Positions 60,931 to 64,000 of a stretch of DNA of 64,000 nt are shown piece after piece. The DNA comes from Felis catus (lineage: Eukaryota), in assembly GCF_018350175.1 (NCBI RefSeq), contig NC_058369.1, positions 17,424,001-17,488,000 of the forward strand, written 5' to 3'. Numbering within the stretch: the first letter of the stretch is position 1; each line of letters starts with the position of its first letter. A model generated the notes under the pieces. The model saw only the letters and a program-made list of their open reading frames with translations. It did not search any database and was not told the DNA's origin. Position numbers and translations under genes: made by a program.

Positions 60931-61649
60931 CTTAAAGGCAGAAGGAGGAAAGGGGGAAGAGGGCATACCAGTAGGAAAAACAGGGCAGTAGGAAAATGCA
61001 AGGCACTTTGCGGAAGCTGCAAAGCAGCAGAGGACTCTGGGGGCAGAGTGGCGGGAGAGGAGGCCAATGAGCTGAACTGTGCCCAAGCTGGGACAGCCTT
61101 GAAAGACAGACAAGGACATTTGATTTTGACTCAGTAAACAATAGGGAGACACTGAGCTGGACAAGCATGCATGCGTGTGTGTGTGTGTGTGCGCACATGT
61201 GTGTGTGCAAGGCTTTGTCATCTGACAGCCGGACTAGAGGAAGACAGGGATAGAGCCATCAGTGGGGACAACAGCAGGGCAGGTGGTCAAGGTTTTCTAT
61301 TGCTTGTATTAGCCAGTTGACAATGAGGGCAATTTTTGTGACAGAAAAAAATGGTGAAGACAAGCCCTTCCTAGAGGTGAGAAGTCTTTAGTGAGTGGGG
61401 AAGAGAATTCAGTTTGTCCTAATTCCCAGCTCACTGGAAACTCTGATCTCCTTAAAGAATTCCTTTTCTCTTTGAAGCTGTAGTCTGTCCATTGACCTGC
61501 CCTCTGACCCTCAGCCACAGTCCAGAAGATGCAGCTCACCCGTCAGCAAGAACACACTGGGAGTCGGAACTCCTTATTTAGAAATTTGTTGTGTTGGCCT
61601 GCTTGTCCTCCATGCTTCCTCCCAATTTCAAGACTTCTCTATTCTGGTC

Positions 61650-61893
61650 TTTTTTTTTTCTTTTTTTAAAGTGTATTTATTTATTTATTTGAGAGGGACA
61701 GAGACAGTGTGAGTGGGGGCAGGGCAAAGAGAAAGAGGGAGAGAGAGAGAATCCCAAGCAGGCTCTATGCTGACAGTGTGGAGTCACCTCCCAACTGACT
61801 GATGCGGGGCTTGAATCCGCGAAACGAAGAGATCATGACCTGAGACGAAACCAAGAGTCAGATACTTAACAGACTGAGCCACCCAGTCGCCCC
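61650..61893 (-). mobile_element. Can-SINE
   Basis: TSD TATTCTGGTCTT. Confidence 0.9.
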
Positions 61894-61981
61894 ATTATTC
61901 TGGTCTTCTTGCAACCAGCCTCACGTGAACATGAGATCATGACCTCAGCCTTTCCAGGCTCTCAAACATTCATTTTCCAGC

Positions 61982-62019
61982 CCCCTGGTGATCTAGTGGC
62001 TAGGATTCTAGAGCTTTCA
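61982..62019 (+). pseudogene. 5'-half tRNA-Glu(TTC) fragment (tailless retrocopy)
   Basis: CCCCTGGTGATCTAGTGGCTAGGATTCTAGAGCTTTCA versus mammalian tRNA-Glu-TTC TCCCTGGTGGTCTAGTGGCTAGGATTCGGCGCTTTCA; no T arm or 3' acceptor stem. Confidence 0.8.
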
Positions 62020-62409
62020 AATGTGCCTTTTCCCCTTGACTTGCAGGTGTCTTTCTGATCACAGCCCCATAGTCTTGTCTCTTTCCTCCCAGTCAGGAGC
62101 GTCACTGTCACTGCAGTGTCCAGCTCCAGCTCCTGGCTGATCCAGGCTGGGCTTGAAAGAGTCAGGAGTCTGGCAAATCAGGAGTCTCTGAGTCTCGGGT
62201 ACCACAGGTGCCCAGCTTCTCTCCTCCACACCTTCCCTCCATTTCCTAAAGCTCACAGAGGACATGTAGTGACCTACCTGAATAGTCACAGCCTTCCTTT
62301 GTCCAGCAGCCACAGCCCCTGTTTCCAGTCCTCACACCAGCCCTGCAAGAAGGACAGGACAGAAATGCCCCAGTTTCTCAACCTTCACAGAGTTCAGAGA
62401 TAGCCCGAA

Positions 62410-62515
62410 ATTTTACACTCATCAACTTTAATTCTCACAATGTTCCCTCCTTGACAGATAAGGAATCTAAGGCTCAGAGAGGCTAAATAACTTGCCCAAG
62501 GTCACACAGCCACTT
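62410..62515 (-). mobile_element. MIR
   Basis: ACAGATAAGGAATCTAAGGCTCAGAGAGGCTAAATAACTTGCCCAAGGTCACACAGC. Confidence 0.85.
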
Positions 62516-62806
62516 CTAAGAAATTACAACCAATGTATCAAAAGGAACAGTTTCACTGTGTTCTATGCACCCAGCACTGACTATTATCCCCACAAATAGA
62601 CTCTAGCAGCCCTGAGGAGCCTGCCCAGGGGTCCTGGCTGGCCAGTACACACAGGGAGATGCGGGGGCGGCGGGGAGGGGAGGGGAGTGTTGCTCATCAG
62701 TCTGGGGCAACAAATGGAAAAGGCCCAGAGGTGACTTTGTTGCTTCTTGAGAGACAACAGGAGTTGCCCAGACTCACCCCTTCACTGAGCAAATCCAGAA
62801 ACTTAC

Positions 62807-62960
62807 CTTGAGGGTCAATTGCTGAGGGGAGAAAGAGATAGGCGGGGAGAGCCTTCCAGATTCTCTCAGATGCAGAGTCAAGAAGCTAAGAAATGGCGAG
62901 GCGCATGCAGGGCAAGCACCATCAGAGAAGCGGGAACAGAGAGGGAGAGAGGACTCCAAC
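62807..62960 (-). other. Candidate upstream non-coding exon; 5' limit unknown
   Basis: Consensus donor AAG|GTAAGT (intron from 62806) in unique sequence; second donor GGG|GTGAGT ~30 nt further on. Confidence 0.35.
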
Positions 62961-62973
62961 ACAGTGAAGGACC

Positions 62974-63160
62974 TTTTTTTTTTTTTTAAGCTTATTTATT
63001 TTAGAGAGAGAGAGAAAGAGAGAACATGGGTGGGGGGAAGGGCAGAAAGAGAGAGAATCCCAACCAATCGATTCGAGGCTGGAACTCACAAACCGTGAGA
63101 TCACAACCTCAGCCAAAATCAAGAGTCTGGCGCTGAACCAACTGAGCCACCCAGGCACCC
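62974..63160 (-). mobile_element. Can-SINE
   Basis: TSD AC(A/G)GTGAAGGACCTTT. Confidence 0.9.
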
Positions 63161-63804
63161 CACGGTGAAGGACCTTTGAAGGGGGAAGATGGGTAAAGGA
63201 GGCACACACACAACCTCCAGGGTACTTACTGCCCAGAAGGGCTCACGGTTCTCTCTTGGGAAAATCTGTACCCATCTGAAAGGCTGGATGCCAACAGTGA
63301 GTGGCCTCAGAAGGTCTCAGCATATGTGGGGCAGGGACAGTGTCTGTTGCCATGGTCGGTGGAGGCCCCTCCAGGCCTCTGACACTCTCTAAGCAGGCAG
63401 GCTGTGCATGTTTAACCTTCCGTGGGTGTACCCAGCACCACACTTGTGAGCTGGGTAGAAGCTTTGGAAGAACACAGCTCAGAGGCCACCCCTGGGAGGC
63501 CTTCCCTGACTCTCCTGGGGAAGGAGCTTTTGTGTCCTCCAGTTATCTTCTTCCCAGAGAGTTAAGTGCTCCCTGCCCTGGTCTGAGCCACTTCTGAGTT
63601 CTCCACAGTGCGCAGTGCTTGTTTCTTGTTCATTTTTTTTTAATTTTACTGCCTCACCTGCTGTCAGGGCTCAGGGTCCACTGGGTAGATAACAGCAGGG
63701 CAGGACTGCTGGATCCCCCGAGGAGGCTGGGTCCCTCAGCGTCCCACTCGGCCCTAAGAGCCCATGAGTTCTGAGCAGACAAATCTTCCCACCATCACCA
63801 TGGT

Positions 63805-64000
63805 GATGTACAATATATCCAAAAATTCCTTTGAGATGTTTTCCTTTCAAAGGTAGAGCCGAATTCCCCTCCCCTTGAATGTGGGCCAGACTTAGTGACT
63901 TGCTTCTAATGCATAGAATGTGGCAGAAGTGATGCTCTGACTGGGAGGCCAAGCGATAAAAAGGTTACAGCTTCCTCCTGGCTCCTTCCTCTGGAAGGGC
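63805..64000 (+). mobile_element. MaLR LTR (MLT1E/F-like), runs off the window
   Basis: CCCTCCCCTTGAATGTGGGCCAGACTTAGTGACTTGCTTCTAATGCATAGAATGTGGCAGAAGTGATG. Confidence 0.75.

Larger units (their letters stand above)
58495..61420 (-). mobile_element. L2 remnant split by an L1 (58610-60525) and SINEs
   Basis: TTCATCAAATGTCTACTGAGAACCTACCATGT (L2 3' end, antisense); purine-rich L2-like sequence resumes after 60525. Confidence 0.55.

Noticed and set aside
111..63209. Dozens of ORFs of the MAQSVKRPTSAQVMIS... / GACFRFCVSLSL... type that look like a gene family
   Set aside because: They are translations of Can-SINE sequence.
1..64000. A novel multi-gene biological system
   Set aside because: No coding genes, intact RNA genes or unexplained large-scale structure; nearly everything resolves into known repeat classes, one promoter and intronic sequence.

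Overview
Mammalian genomic DNA from a felid, most likely domestic cat or a close relative, judged from the diagnostic SINEC_Fc-type Can-SINEs. I found no credible protein-coding exon: the supplied ORFs fall in SINEs, decayed L1s, microsatellites, the GC-rich island or unremarkable non-coding sequence. The main functional landmark is a CpG-island promoter (~48.96-50.16 kb) with GC boxes, two CCAAT boxes and a minus-strand splice donor (CGG|GTAGGT at 49504/49503). This implies a non-coding exon of a minus-strand gene whose following intron covers essentially all of 1-49.5 kb. A second strong minus-strand donor at 62807 may mark an upstream exon. That layout resembles my recollection of LUZP1, but this is unverified. 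The rest is a dense transposon landscape: about 85-90 Can-SINEs counted by eye (nine very young, with clean TSDs), L1M/L1_Carn fragments, L2, CR1/L3, MIR, hAT/Tigger/Mariner relics, MaLR and ERV LTRs. Repeat family names come from remembered consensus sequences, and boundaries are approximate unless TSDs or TIRs are cited. I see no evidence of a new biological system. The most unusual items are a tailless 5'-half tRNA-Glu retrocopy, an unexplained poly(A)-ended insert inside an L1, a collapsed formerly full-length L1, and repeated reuse of identical insertion sites by SINEs.
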